From Squalus acanthias (Eukaryota): a stretch of DNA of 64,000 nucleotides. Position numbers and translations under genes: made by a program. This document shows, one piece after another, positions 21,258 to 33,324 of this stretch (positions within the stretch are counted from its first letter, which is position 1; each line of letters begins with the position of its first letter). Under the pieces are notes generated by a model. It ran no database searches. It was not told where the DNA came from and saw only the letters and a program-made list of their open reading frames with translations. Location of the stretch: NCBI GenBank assembly GCA_030390025.1, contig JASTWF010000035.1:682001-746000 (forward strand). The letters are read 5' to 3'.

Positions 21258-21985
21258 ATGAACATTAACTCCCAGGTCCCTCTGTCCCTGCACACTCTTT
21301 AAAACTGTGCCATTAAGTCTATAATGCCTCTCCCTATCCCTTCTGCCAAAATGCATCGCCTCACACTTCTCTGTATTAAATTCCATCTGCCACTTGTCTG
21401 CCCATTCTGCTAGCCTTTCTATGTCCTGTTGCAGTCGATTGATATCCTCCTCACTGTTTGCCACACTCCCAAGTTTGGTGTCATCGGCAAATTTAGAAAT
21501 TCTACTCTCTATTCCAATATCCAAGTCATTTATATATATCAAAAAAAGCAGTGGCCCCAGCACTGACCGTTGGGGAACACCACTGTCTACCATCCTCAGT
21601 CTGAAAAGCAGCCATTTACCACAACTTGCTGTTTTCTGTCCTTAATCCAATTTCTTATCCATGCTGACACTGACCCTCCTATTCCATGAGCCTCAATTTT
21701 GTTTACCAGCCTTCTATGTGGTACTTTGTCAAACGCCTTCCTAAAATCTATGTAGACAACATCCATTGCATTCCCTTCATCAATCCTCCCTGTTACTTCA
21801 TCAAAAAGTTCAATTAGATTAGTCAAACACGATCTGCCTTTTACAAATCCATGTTGGCTCTCCTTAATTAACTTAAACCTCTCCAAGTGCCCGTTAATTT
21901 TTTCCCTGATTATTGTTTCTAAAAGCTTACCCACCACTGATGTTAAACTGGCCGGCCTGTAGTTACTAGGCTTGTCCTTATACCC

Positions 21986-22315
21986 CTGGCTGGGGAGTCT
22001 AGAACCACGGGTCACAATCTCAGAATAAGGGGTCGGCCATTTAGGACTGAGTTGAGGAGAAATTTCTTCACTCAGAGGGTGGTGAATCTTTGGAATTCTC
22101 TACCCCAGAGGGCTATGGAGGCTCAGTCGTTGAGTATATTCAAGATAGAGATCGATAGCTTTTTGAATATTAAGGGAATCAAGGGATATGGGGAGAGAGC
22201 AGGAAAGTGGAGATGAGGTAGAAGATCAGCCATGATCTTATTGAATGGTGGAGCAGGCTCGAAGGGCCAAATGGCCTACTCCTGCTCCTATTTCTGATGT
22301 TCTTATGTTCTTTCT
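21986..22315 (+). mobile_element. CR1 3' end fragment
   Basis: RTTGHNLRIRG..RNFFTQRVVNLWNSLP plus 3' UTR and tail. Confidence 0.85.
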
Positions 22316-22398
22316 TGAACAAGGGTGTCACATTTGCTACTTTCCAATCCTCTGGCACCTCCCCCGTATCTAGGGAAGATTGGAAGATTATGGCAAGG

Positions 22399-23880
22399 CC
22401 TAGAGCGGCGAGGCGGCGGACCTGCGAGGGAACAGAGGCGGCGAGCGGCGGTACTTAAGGTGAGCCCCGAGGCGGCAGCGAGGCCTAGAGCGGCAAGGAG
22501 GCAGAGGCGGCGGACCTGCGAGGGAACAGAGGCGGCGAGCGGCGGTACTTAAGGTGAGCCCCGAGGCGGCTCACAAATCCAGGTTCCGGGAGAGGGAAGC
22601 AAAAAGTATTCATAGTGTGACGTCACCAAAAAGCAGGTAAGTGATTGGTTGGTGAGTGTTTTCTTTCTCAATTTTTCTAAACTTAAATTTTGTGGTTTCT
22701 ACGGTCTCTTTGTGTAGTGGGGACTACTGTTAAGTATGGGCCCTTGAGTATATCACTTAATTCCAGTGTAATTGGTGGGATCCATTTAATTTTAATTTAA
22801 TTTTAATTAATTAATTAATTAAAGGGTAAGTCATGGCAGGACAGCTCGGTGCTGTGACATGCTCTTCCTGCGCTATGTGGGAAATCAGGGACACTTCCTG
22901 TGTCCCTGACAACCATGTGTGCGGGAGGTGTATCCAGCTGCAGCAACTGACAGACCGCATTGCGGCGCTGGAGCTGCGGATGGATGCATACTGGAGCATT
23001 CGCGATGCTGAGGACATCGTAGATAGTACGTTTAGGGAGTTGGTCACACCGCAGGTAAAGGGTGTACAGGCAGGAAGGGAATGGGTGACCACCAGGCAGA
23101 GTAATAAGCGCAGGCAGGTAGTGCAGGGGTCCCCTGTGGCCATCCCCCTCTCAAACAGATATACCGCTTTGGATATTGTTGAGGGAGATGGCTTATCAGG
23201 GGAAGACAGCAGCAGCCAACTTGCTAGCACCATAGGTGGTTCTGCTGCACAGGATGGGAGGAAAAATACTGGCAGAGCTATCGTGATAGGGGATTCTATC
23301 GTAAGGGGAATAGATAGGCGTTTCTGCGGCAGCAAACGAGACTCCAGGATGGTGTGTTGCCTCCCTGGTGCAAGGGTCAAGAATGTCTCAGAGCGGCTAC
23401 AGAGCATTTTGGAAGAGGAGGGTGAACAGCCAGTTGTCGTGGTGCATATAGGTACAAACAATATAGGTAAAAAACGGGATGAGGTCCTAAAAGCAGAATA
23501 TAGGGAGTTAGGAGTTAAATTAAAAAATAGGACCTCAAAGGTGGTAATCTCAGGATTGCTGCCAGTGCCACGTGCTAGTCAGAGTAGAAATGGAAGGATA
23601 TTTCAGATGAATACGTGGCTAGAGAAATGGTGCAAGGGAGAGGAATTCAAATTCCTGGGGCATTGGAACCGGTTCTGGGGGAGGTGGGACCAGTACAAAC
23701 CGGACGGTCTACACCTGGGCAGGGCCGGGACCGATGTCCTTGGGGGAGTGTTTGCTAGTGCTCTGGGGGAGGGTTTAAACTAAAATGGCAGGGGGTTGGG
23801 AACCTGAGCAGGGAGACAGAGGAAAGGGAAACAAGGATAAAAGCAAAAGATAGGAAGGAGAAAAACAAAAGTTGCAGTCA
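22399..23880 (+). mobile_element. CR1 5' portion (repeat-containing 5' UTR + ORF1), lacking ORF2 and the 3' end
   Basis: GC-rich ~95-bp duplicated unit at 22410-22570, then ORF1; same layout as the minus-strand element at 31343-33125. Confidence 0.8.
22833..23783 (+). CDS. CR1 ORF1p: zinc finger/leucine zipper + SGNH esterase-like domain, intact 316 aa
   Basis: CSSC..CGRC, coiled coil, LSNRY, VIGDSIVR, CLPGA, HIGTNN, DGLHL. Confidence 0.9.
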   Translation: MAGQLGAVTCSSCAMWEIRDTSCVPDNHVCGRCIQLQQLTDRIAALELRMDAYWSIRDAEDIVDSTFRELVTPQVKGVQAGREWVTTRQSNKRRQVVQGSPVAIPLSNRYTALDIVEGDGLSGEDSSSQLASTIGGSAAQDGRKNTGRAIVIGDSIVRGIDRRFCGSKRDSRMVCCLPGARVKNVSERLQSILEEEGEQPVVVVHIGTNNIGKKRDEVLKAEYRELGVKLKNRTSKVVISGLLPVPRASQSRNGRIFQMNTWLEKWCKGEEFKFLGHWNRFWGRWDQYKPDGLHLGRAGTDVLGGVFASALGEGLN

Positions 23881-24570
23881 GAGAAAACAACCTGCTCACC
23901 GATGCTCAGTTTGGGTTCCGCCAGGACCACTCTGCTCCCGGACTCATTACAGCCCTGATCCAAACATGGACAAAGGAGCTGAATTCCAGAGGTGAGGTGA
24001 GAGTGACTGCCCTTGACATCAAGGCAGCATTTGACCGAGTGTGGCATCAAGGAGCCCTAGTAAAACTGAAGTCAATGGGAATCGGGGGGAAAATGCTCCA
24101 CTGGCTGGAGTCATACCTAGCACAATGGAAGATGGTTGTGGTGGTTGGAGGTCAACCTTCTCAGCCCCAGGATATCGCTGCAGGAGTTCCTCACGGCAGT
24201 GTCCGAGGTCCAACCATCTTCAGCTGCTTCATCAATGACCTTCCCTCCATCATAAGGTCAGAAGTGGGGATGTTCGCTGATGATTGCACAGTGTTCAGTT
24301 ACATTCGCAACTCCTCAGATAATGAAGCAGTCCATGCCAACATGCAGCAACACCTGGACGACACTCAGGCTTGGGCTGATAAGTGGCAAGTAACATTCGC
24401 GCCACACAAGTGCCAGGCAATGACTATCTCCAACAAGCGAGAGTCTAACTACCTCCCCTTGACATTCAACAGCATTACCATCGCCGAATCCCTCACCATC
24501 AACATCCTGGGGGTCACCATTGACCGGAAACTTAACTGGACCAGCCACATAAATACTGTGGCAACAAGAG

Positions 24571-25377
24571 TGGTTCAGACGCTGGAAAAACAGAAAGGTA
24601 GTGTATTATTTAAATGGTGATAGATTGGGAAATGCTGATGTACAAAGGGACCTGGGTGTCCTTGTACACCAGTCACTGAAAGCAAACATGCAGGTGCAGC
24701 AAGCAGTTAGGAAGGCAAATGGTATGTTGGCCTTCATTGCAAGAGGATTTGAGTACAGGAGCAAGGATGTCTTACTACAGTTGTACAGGGCCTTGGTGAG
24801 ACCACACCTGGAGTACTATGTGCAGTTTTGGTCTCCTTACCTAAGAAAGGATATACTTGCCATAGCGGGAGTAGCAGCGAAGGTTCACCAGACTGATTCC
24901 TGGGATGGCAGGACTGTCGTATGAGGAGAGATTGGGTCGACTAGGCTTGTATTCACTCGAGTTTAGAAGAATGCGAGGGGATCTCATTGAAACGTATAAA
25001 ATTCTGACAGGGCTAGACAGACTGGATGCAGGGAGGATGTTTCCCCTGGCTGGAGGGGTCTGGAACGAGGGGTCATAGTCTCAGGATACGGGGTAGGATA
25101 TTTAGGACTGAGATGAGGAGAAATTTCTTCACTCAGAGGGTGGTGAACCTGTGGAATTCTCTGCCACAGAAGGCTGTGGAGGCCAAGTCACTGAATATAT
25201 TTAAGAAGGAGATAGATAGATTTCTAGACACAAAGGGCATCAAGGGGTATGGGGAGAGAGCGGGAATATGGTATTGAGATAGAGGATCAGCCATGATCAT
25301 ATTGAATGGGGAGCAGGCTCGAAGGGCTGAATGGCCTACTCCTGCTCCTATTTTTCTATGTTTCTATGTTTTCTATG
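24571..25377 (+). mobile_element. Nested CR1 3' fragment
   Basis: QRDLGVLVH..LYRALVRPHLEY..; tail (TTTCTATG)n. Confidence 0.9.
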
Positions 25378-25722
25378 TATTCTGCGGCGAGTGTCTCATC
25401 TCCTGACTACCCAAAGCCTTTCCACCATCTACAAGGCACAAGTAAGGAGTGTGATGGAATACTCTCCACTTGCCTGGATGAGTGCAGCTCCAACAACACT
25501 CAAGAAGCTCGACACCATCCAGGACAAAGCAGCCCGCTTGATTGGCACCCCATCCACCACCTTAAACATTCACTCCCTCCACCACCAGCGCACTGTGGCT
25601 GCAGTGTGTACCATCTACAAGATGCACTGCAGCAACTCGCCAAGGCTTCTTCGGCAGCACCTCACAAACCCGCGACCTCTTCCACCTAGAAGGACAAGGG
25701 CAGCAGGCGCATGGGAACACCA

Positions 25723-27533
25723 TCATAAGAACATAAGAACATAAGAAACAGGAGCAGGAGTAGACCAATCGGCCCCTCGAGCCTGCTCCGCCATTCAATG
25801 AGATCATGGCTGATCTGATCCAACCTCAACTCTAAAGAACACAAGAAGTAGGAGCAGGAGCAGGCCACTCGGCCCCTGGGCCCGCTCCGCCACCCACAGG
25901 GCCTTGACCGATCCGAACTCAGCCTCATGTCCAATTTCCAGCCCGCTCCCCATAACCGCTGATTCCCCTTACTTCTAGGAAACGGTCTATTTCTGTTTTA
26001 AATGTATTTAATAAAGTAGCTTCCACAGCTTCCTGGGGTAGCAAATTCCACAGACCCACTACCCTCTGAGTGAAAAAGTTTCTCCTCATCTCAGTTTTGA
26101 AAGAGCAGCCCCTTATTCTAAGATTATGTCCCCTAGTTCTAGTTTCACCCATCATTGGGAACATCCTCACCGCGTCCACCCGATTAAGCCCCTTCACAAT
26201 CTTATATGTTTCAATAAGATCGCCTCTCATTCTTCTGAACTCCAATGAGTAGAGTCCAATCTACTCAACCTCTCCTCGTATGTCCACCCCCTCATCCCCG
26301 GAATTAACCGAGTGAACCTTCTTTGTACTGCCTCGAGAGCAAGTATGTCTTTTCTTAAGTATGGACACCAAAACTGTATGCAGTACTCCAGGTGCGGTCT
26401 CACCAATACCCTATACAACTGCAGCAATACCTCCCTGTTTTTATATTCTATCCCCCTAGCAATAAAAGCCAACATTCCATTGCCTTTCTTGATCACCTGC
26501 TGCACCTGCATACTAACTTTTTGATTTTCTTGCACCAAGACCCCCAGATCCCTTTGTACTGCAGTACTTTCCAGTTTCTCGCCATTAAGATAATAACTTG
26601 CTCTCTGATTTTTCCTGCCAAAGTGCATAACCTCACATTTTCCAATATTGTATTGCATCTGCCAAATCTCTGCCCACTCACCCAGCCTGTCTATATCCCC
26701 TTCTAGGTTTTTTATGTCCTCCTCACTCTCTACTTTCCCTCCCATCTTTGTATCATCTGCAAACTTTGATATGTTACACTCGGTCCCCTCCTCCAAATCG
26801 TTAATATAGATTGTAAAGAGTTGGGGACCCAGCACCGACCCCTGCGGAACACCACTGGCTACTGGTTGCCAGTTCGAGAATGAACCATTTATCCCAACTC
26901 TCTGCTTCCTGTTAAATAACCAATCCCCCACCCATGCCAGAATATTACCCCCAATCCAGTGATTTTTTATCTTGAGTAATAATCTTTTATCTGGCACCTT
27001 GTCGAATGCCTTCTGGAAGTCTAAATACACTACATCCACTGGTTCCCCTTTATCCACCCTGTACGTTATGTCCTCAAAGAACTCGAGTAAATTTGTCAGA
27101 CATGACTTCCCCTTCATAAAACCATGCTGACTTTGTCCTATTAAATTATGTTTATCTAAATGTTCCGTTACTGTCTCCTTAATAATAGACTCCAAAATTT
27201 TACCCACCACAGATGTTAGGCTATCTGGTCTATAATTTCCAGCCTTCTGCCTATAACCCTTTTTAAATAAGGGTGTTACATTAGCAGTTTTCTAATCTGC
27301 CGGGACCTTTGCTGAGTTCAGGGAGTTTTGGAAAATTATTACCAAAGCATCCACAATTCCTACTGCTACTTCCCTCAAGACCCTAGGATGTAAGCCATCA
27401 GGTCCAGGGGATTTATCCGCCTTGAGTCCCATTATTTTACTGAGTACCAATTCCTTAGTGATTTTAATCGTATTTAGCTCCTCCCCCACTAGAGCCCCCT
27501 GTTTGTCCAGTGTTGGGATATTCTTAGTGTCCT
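25723..27533 (-). mobile_element. CR1 LINE, 5'-truncated, with RT and 3' tail
   Basis: ORFs 27292-27489, 26227-27210 (FADD), 25925-26245; tail (TTCTTATG)n at ~25723-25748. Confidence 0.92.
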
Positions 27534-27818
27534 ACATAAGAACATAAGAACATAAGAAATAGGAGCAGGAGTAGGCCAATCAGCCCCTCAAGCCTGCTCC
27601 GCCATTCAATAAGATCATGGCTGATCTGATCCTAACCGCCAATCTACTATCTATCACAGAACCATCTCCTGCATCTAACAGAATTGCACACACGAAATAG
27701 GAGCAGAATCATGCTACACGGTCCCTGGGCCCGCTCCACTACCCACAGGGCCATGACCGATCCGAACCTAGACTGATGTCCAAATTCCTGCCCGCTCCCC
27801 GTAACCCTTAATGCCCTA
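27534..27818 (-). mobile_element. Short CR1 3'-end copy
   Basis: Same bipartite 3' UTR and tail as 25723-25970. Confidence 0.75.
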
Positions 27819-28496
27819 CTCCAGGTTCCCCTCCAAGTCACACACCATCCTGACTTGGAAATATATCGCCGATCCTTCATCGTCGCTGGGTCAAAATCTG
27901 GAACTCCCTCCCTAACAGCACTGTGGGAGTACCTTCAACACACGGACTGCAGCGGTTCAAGAAGGCAGCTCACCACCACCTTCTCAAGGGCAATTAGGGA
28001 TGGGTAATAAATGCTGGCCTTGCCAGCGACGCCCACATCCCAGGAAAACATTTTTAAAAAGGGAGTGTGGAAGTGTGGATAGGAAGTTGGTTAAAGGAGA
28101 GAAAACAGAGAATAATGGCTAATAGGTGTTTGTTGGACTGGAGGGATGTAAATAGTGGTGTTCTCCGGGGTTCAGTGTTGGGACCATTGTTCTTAATAAT
28201 TGATTTGCAGACGGCACATCAATAGGTAGGGTGGTTATCTGTGAAAAGGGCGGTAAGTGACTTCAGGAGGACTGATAGATTAATGTGGAGAAATGTAAGG
28301 TGATGGATTTTGGGAGGAAGATGAAGGAGAGGAAATATACACTAAATGGGAAACCATTGAAAGGAGTAGAGGAGCAGAGAGACTTGGGGTTCAGACGTAT
28401 AAAAGTGGGAAGACAAGTTGATAAAGTTCTCAGAAATTCAAGATCCCAAGTTTTACAAGTAGGAATTGAGATTTCAAAAACCTATGGAATGCACTG

Positions 28497-28858
28497 CCTG
28501 GGATGGGCGGTCGGAGCGGGGACAGGGAGCAGGATGGGATGGGAGAGGGGGAGGGGTGAGGGAATGGGATGGGATGGGAGGTCGGAGAGGGGTGAGGGAG
28601 CGGGATGGGATGGGATGGGAGGTCGGGGCGGGGGGAGGGGGGAGGGAATGGGATGGGAGGACGGGGAGGGTTTAGGGAGCAGGATGGGATGGGATGGGAG
28701 GTCGGGGCGGGGGGAGGGAGTGGGATGGGATGGGAGGACGGGGAGGAGTGAGGCAGCGGGATGGGAAGGTGAGATGGGGGAGGGAGCGGGATGGGAGGTG
28801 GGAGCGGGGGGAGGGAGCGGGATGGGATGGGAGGTGGGGGTGGGGGGAGGGAGCGGGA
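28497..28858. repeat. G-rich (GGGAT)n-like low-complexity repeat, continuing at 33127-33230 beyond the inserted CR1
   Basis: GGGATGGGATGGGAGGTCGGGG-type units on both sides of the CR1. Confidence 0.85.
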
Positions 28859-28955
28859 TAGATACATAGATACATAGAAGATAGGAGCAGGAGTAGGCCA
28901 TCCGGCCCTTCGAGCCTGCTCCGCCATTTAATGAGATCATGGCTGATCCTCCAAT

Positions 28956-31268
28956 TCAGTATCCCGTCCCCGCCTTCTCTCCGTACCCCTTAACCCCTTT
29001 TGCCTGTAGAAATATATCTAATTCCCTCTTAAATATATTTAATGAGCTGGCGTACACTGCCCTCTGTGGCAATGAGTTCCACAGGTTCACCACCCTCTGA
29101 GTGAAGAAATTCCCCCTCATTTCTGTCCTAAATGGTTTAGCCCTTATCCTTAAATTATGTCCTCTAGTTCTGTTCTCACCCGCCAAGGGAAACATTCCTT
29201 CTGCATCTAGTCTGTCTAGACCTGTCAGAATTTTATACACTTCTATGAGGTCCCCTCTCAATCTTCTAAACTCCAGTGTGTACATCCCTAAACTACATAG
29301 TCTCTCCTCGTAGGTCAATCCCGCCATTCCTGGTATCAGCCTGGTGAATCGCCGCTGCACTCCCTCCATGGCAAGAACATCTTTCCTCAGATGAGGCGAC
29401 CAAAACTGTACACAGTACTTGAGGTGTGGTCTCACCAGTGCCCTGTACAGCTGCAGCAAGGTATCCCTGTTCCTGTATTCCAACCCTTTTGCTATGAAGG
29501 CCAGCATTACGTTTGCCTTCTTGACCGCCTGTTGCACCTGCATGCTCGCCTTCAGTGACTGGTGTACAAGAACACCCAGGTCTCTCTGTACTTCCCCCTC
29601 TCCCAATTTATTGCCATTTAAATAATAATTTGCCCTCCCGTTCCTGCACCCAAGGTGGATAACTTCGCACTTGTCCACATTATAGTACATCTGCCATTTA
29701 ACCGCCCAATCACCCAGTCTGTCCAAATCGCTCTGGAGCTTCCTGGTCTCCTCCTCTGAGCCCACCCCCCCTCCTAGTTTAGTGTCGTCTGCAAATTTGG
29801 AAATGCTGCATCCGACTCCCTGATCCAGGTCATTAATGTAAATTGTGAACAGCTGGGGACCCAGGACAGATCCCTGCGGTACCCCACTTGTTACTGCCTG
29901 CCATTCAGAAAATGAGCCGTTTATTCCAACTCTCTGTTTTCTATCTGACAGCCAGTTCTCTATCCACGTCAATACTTTCCCCTTTATCCCATGAGCTTCA
30001 ATTTTCCATGCTAATCTTTTATGTGGGACCTTGTCGAAGGCCTTTTGGAAGTCCAGGTACACCACATCTACTGGCTCTCCCCCATCTATTTTACCAGTTA
30101 CTCCCTCAAAAAATTCCAATAGATTAGTCAAGCACGATTTACCCTTTGTAAATCCATGTTGACTCTGTCCTATCCTGTCCCCATTTGCTAAGTGCTCCGC
30201 TATTTTGCCCCTCTTGATTAAGCCCTTTGTCCTCCTTTGCTCTATCTTAAACTGTTCCCAATCTTCCGCTCTGGCGCTTTTTTTGGCTATTTTATACGCC
30301 CTATCTTTGGATTTTATGCTGTCTCTAATTTCCCCTGTTATCCACGGTTGAGTCACCTTTTTAGATTTCCTTTTATGCCAGATTGGTATTAACAATTTTT
30401 GCAATTTTGTCATTCTATCTTTAAATGCTTGCCATTGTTTATCTACCTCCAGTCCTCCCAGGAACGTTGTCCAATCAGACCTACTCAGTTCCCGTCTAAT
30501 GGCATCATAATTCCCCTTGTTTAAATTCAGGACCTTAGTCTCTGAGTCAATTTCTTCGCTCTCCATTTCGAGTGAGAAATCGATCATGTTATGATCGCTC
30601 TGACCCAAGGGTCCCCGTACAACAAGATTACTAATTAGTCCCTTCTCATTTCACAGTACCCAGTCCAATATAGCCTGTTCCCGAGTTGGTTCCTCGACAT
30701 ATTGATCCAGATAACCATCCCTTAAACACTCAAGGAATTCCTCCTCCTCATTATTTTTACTGATTAGGCTATTCCAATCTATATGTAAGTTAAAGTCACC
30801 TATGATGACAGCTGTGCTCTTATTGCACGCTTCTCTAATTTCCCTCGTGATGCCCTCCCCAACCTCTATTTTACTATTTGGAGGCCTATATACCACTCCT
30901 ATTAATGTTTTTCGCCCCTCGCTATTTCTTAGCTCCACCCATATAGATTCTGTATTAACTGAGTTAATATCCTTCCTTTCAATTGCATTTATCCCCTCTT
31001 TTACCAGCAATGCTACCCCTCCTCCCTTTCTTTTTTGTCGATCCTTCCTAAATACTGAATACCCCTGTATGTTAAGCTCCCAGCCCTGCTCACCCTGCAA
31101 CCATGTTTCCGTAATCCCAATTAGATCATAATTATTAACCTCTATTTCCACAGCTAATTCATCTACCTTGTTCCTGATGCTTCTCGCATTAAGGTATAAA
31201 ACCCTCAGGCTTTTTTTATGCTCACATTTTTTATGAATTAGTTTGGCCCTTTGTTTTTTGTTCCTCAC
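28956..31268 (-). pseudogene. CR1 ORF2 (APE endonuclease + RT) with one in-frame stop (30651-30653) and an internal in-frame deletion near 30200
   Basis: YLNARS, GITETW, GGGVAL, YRPP, GDFN, LDWVL*, SDHN; GVPQGSVLGP, FADD. Confidence 0.93.
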
Positions 31269-31342
31269 CCTTTTACCATTTATTTCTGTCTGCCTTTCAC
31301 TTTCCTCTATTTCACTACATAGGTTTCTAGCCCCCTGCCATA

Positions 31343-32290
31343 CTAGTTTAAATGCTCCCGAACTGCTTTATCAAAAATTACCCCGAGAACATCAGTTCCA
31401 TCTTTGCACAGGTGTAGACCGTCCCTTTTGTATAGGTCACACCTACCACAAAACTGGTTCCAATGCCTCAAAAATTTAAAACCCTCCCTCTTACACCACT
31501 GCTCAAGCCACGTATTTAGCCTAACTATCCTGTTCTCTGTACTCTTACTAGCACGTGGCACTGGTAGTAATCCAGAGATTACTACCTTCGAGGTCCTACT
31601 TTTTAGCTTGGCTCCTAACTCCCTAAATTCTACTTGTAGGACCTCTTCCCTTTTTTTAGCTACGTCGTTGGTACCAACATGTATCACGACAACTGGCTGT
31701 TCCCCCTCCCCCTCCAGAATGTTCTGCACCCGCGCCGAGACATCCTTGACCCTTGCACCAGGGAGGCAACATACCATCCTGGAGTCTCGGTCGCGACCAC
31801 AGAAACCCCTATCTATTCCCCTTACAATCGAATCCCCTATTACTATAGCCCTGCCACTCTTTTTCCCTCCCTTCTTTGCAACAGAGCCAGTCATGGTGCC
31901 ATGAGCCTGGCTGCTGGTGCCTTCCCCCGATGAGTCATCCCCCCCGACAACAGCACCTAAGGCGGTGAACCTGTTGCTAAGGGAGACAACCCCAGGGGAT
32001 TTCTGCACTACCTTCCTGCCCTTGCTCTGCCTTTTGGTCACCCATGTACTATCTACGCTGGCCTTAACCTGCGGTGTGACCAACTCACTAAATGTGTTAT
32101 CCACAACCCTCTCAGAATCGTGGATGCTCCAAAGTGAGTCCATCCGCAGCTCAAGGGCCGTCATGCGGTCCCACATGAGCTGCAGCTGGACACACTTCCC
32201 GCACACATGGTTGTCAGGGACACAGGAAGCGTCCCTGATTTCCCACATGTTACAGGAGGAGCATGACACAGGTCCGAGCTCTACTGCCAT
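31343..32290 (-). CDS. CR1 ORF1p (zinc finger + SGNH esterase-like), intact 315 aa
   Basis: CSSC..CGKC, IGDSIVR, HVGTND, DGLHL; clear paralog of 22833-23783. Confidence 0.92.
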   Translation of the reverse strand: MAVELGPVSCSSCNMWEIRDASCVPDNHVCGKCVQLQLMWDRMTALELRMDSLWSIHDSERVVDNTFSELVTPQVKASVDSTWVTKRQSKGRKVVQKSPGVVSLSNRFTALGAVVGGDDSSGEGTSSQAHGTMTGSVAKKGGKKSGRAIVIGDSIVRGIDRGFCGRDRDSRMVCCLPGARVKDVSARVQNILEGEGEQPVVVIHVGTNDVAKKREEVLQVEFRELGAKLKSRTSKVVISGLLPVPRASKSTENRIVRLNTWLEQWCKREGFKFLRHWNQFCGRCDLYKRDGLHLCKDGTDVLGVIFDKAVREHLN

Positions 32291-32731
32291 GACTTAACCC
32301 TTATATTACTTTTTAATTTTCTAGTTTTAGTTTATTTATTGATTTTTGTTTTCCCGAAGCTTACTTAGACCAATGTATACTGTACTCCTCTTATTCCTTT
32401 TTAAACTAACCAAATCCCATTAGTTTTAGTTTTACTTTCTAGGAAGGTTTGAGGAAAGTACTTACCAGTTAGTCTTACCTCCCTGGTCTTTCGCTGACTT
32501 CCCGGTCTTGTGTCCCGTTGGTCCTACGCCGACTTCCCGCTCCTCCCGGTTCCTGCCCTGCTGAAAAGAAACTGAGACCAAAAAATTTGTGACCTCTGTT
32601 TTTAGACTGCTAAAAGACTAGTAGGTTAGAGGAGGAGGGCGGGTGGGGGTTCCTACTCTGTAGGATCTCGGGTTTAAGCCACTACCCTCCTTAAATGCCG
32701 TTCACCTGGGTGCTTCCCACCTGGTCCGCTT

Positions 32732-33125
32732 CCGGTCTCGTCGGTCCCGACAACAGCCTGTGAAGAAAAGCCCGCGAAAGTGAGTTCAAATACTCACAGC
32801 ACCTCACAGCACCTCCGGTCTCGTCGGTCCCGACAACAGCCTGTGAAGAAAAGCCCGCGAAAGTGAGTTCAAATACTCACAGCACCTCACAGCACCTCCG
32901 GTCTCGTCGGTCCCGACAACAGCCTGTGAAGAAAAGCTCGCGAAAGTGAGTTCAAATACTCACAGCACCTCACAGAACCTCCGGTCTCGTCGGTCCCGAC
33001 AACAGCCTGTGAAGAAAAGCCCGCGAAAGTGAGTTCAAATACTCACAGCACCTCACAGCACCTCCGGTCTCGTCGGTCCCGACAACAGCCTGTGAAGAAA
33101 AGCCCGCGAAAGTGAGTTCAAATAC
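32732..33125 (-). repeat. 83-bp tandem monomers (~4.7 copies) in the CR1 5' UTR
   Basis: Units start at 32732, 32815, 32898, 32981 and 33064. Confidence 0.95.
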
Positions 33126-33324
33126 ATGGGATGGGATGGGTGGGGGCGGGGGGAGGGAGCAGGATGGGATGGGATGGGAGGTGGGGGAGGGAGCGGGATG
33201 GGATGGGAGGTGAGAGAGGGAGCGGGGATACGTTGGCAGTTGTTATTACGAGGCCCCACAAGGCCCATTGCCTTCTTAAGGCAATAAATGCCCGTGTTAC
33301 GCACATCCCAAGAACGCATTAAAA

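Larger units (their letters stand above)
20590..22398 (-). mobile_element. CR1 LINE RT fragment (3' end continues at ~16196-16362), with nested insertions at 21122-21257 and 21986-22315
   Basis: NYRPASLTS, QHGF..SCLTNL, DFRKAFDKVPH, SVLGPLLF, KFADDTKL. Confidence 0.9.
23885..28045 (+). mobile_element. Older LINE (CR1/L2-group) 3' half in three pieces: 23885-24570, 25378-25725, ~27820-28045
   Basis: ALDIKAAFDRVWH, AGVPHGSV.GPTIF, MFADD; the sequence resumes after each nested CR1. Confidence 0.8.
28859..33125 (-). mobile_element. Near full-length CR1 LINE (5' UTR monomers, ORF1, ORF2, 3' tail)
   Basis: Tail (CTATGTAT)n at ~28859-28878, ORF2, ORF1 and 83-bp 5' tandem units. Confidence 0.95.

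Noticed and set aside
28285..28940. Gly/Trp- and Pro-rich ORFs
   Set aside because: Derived from the (GGGAT)n low-complexity tract and decayed CR1.
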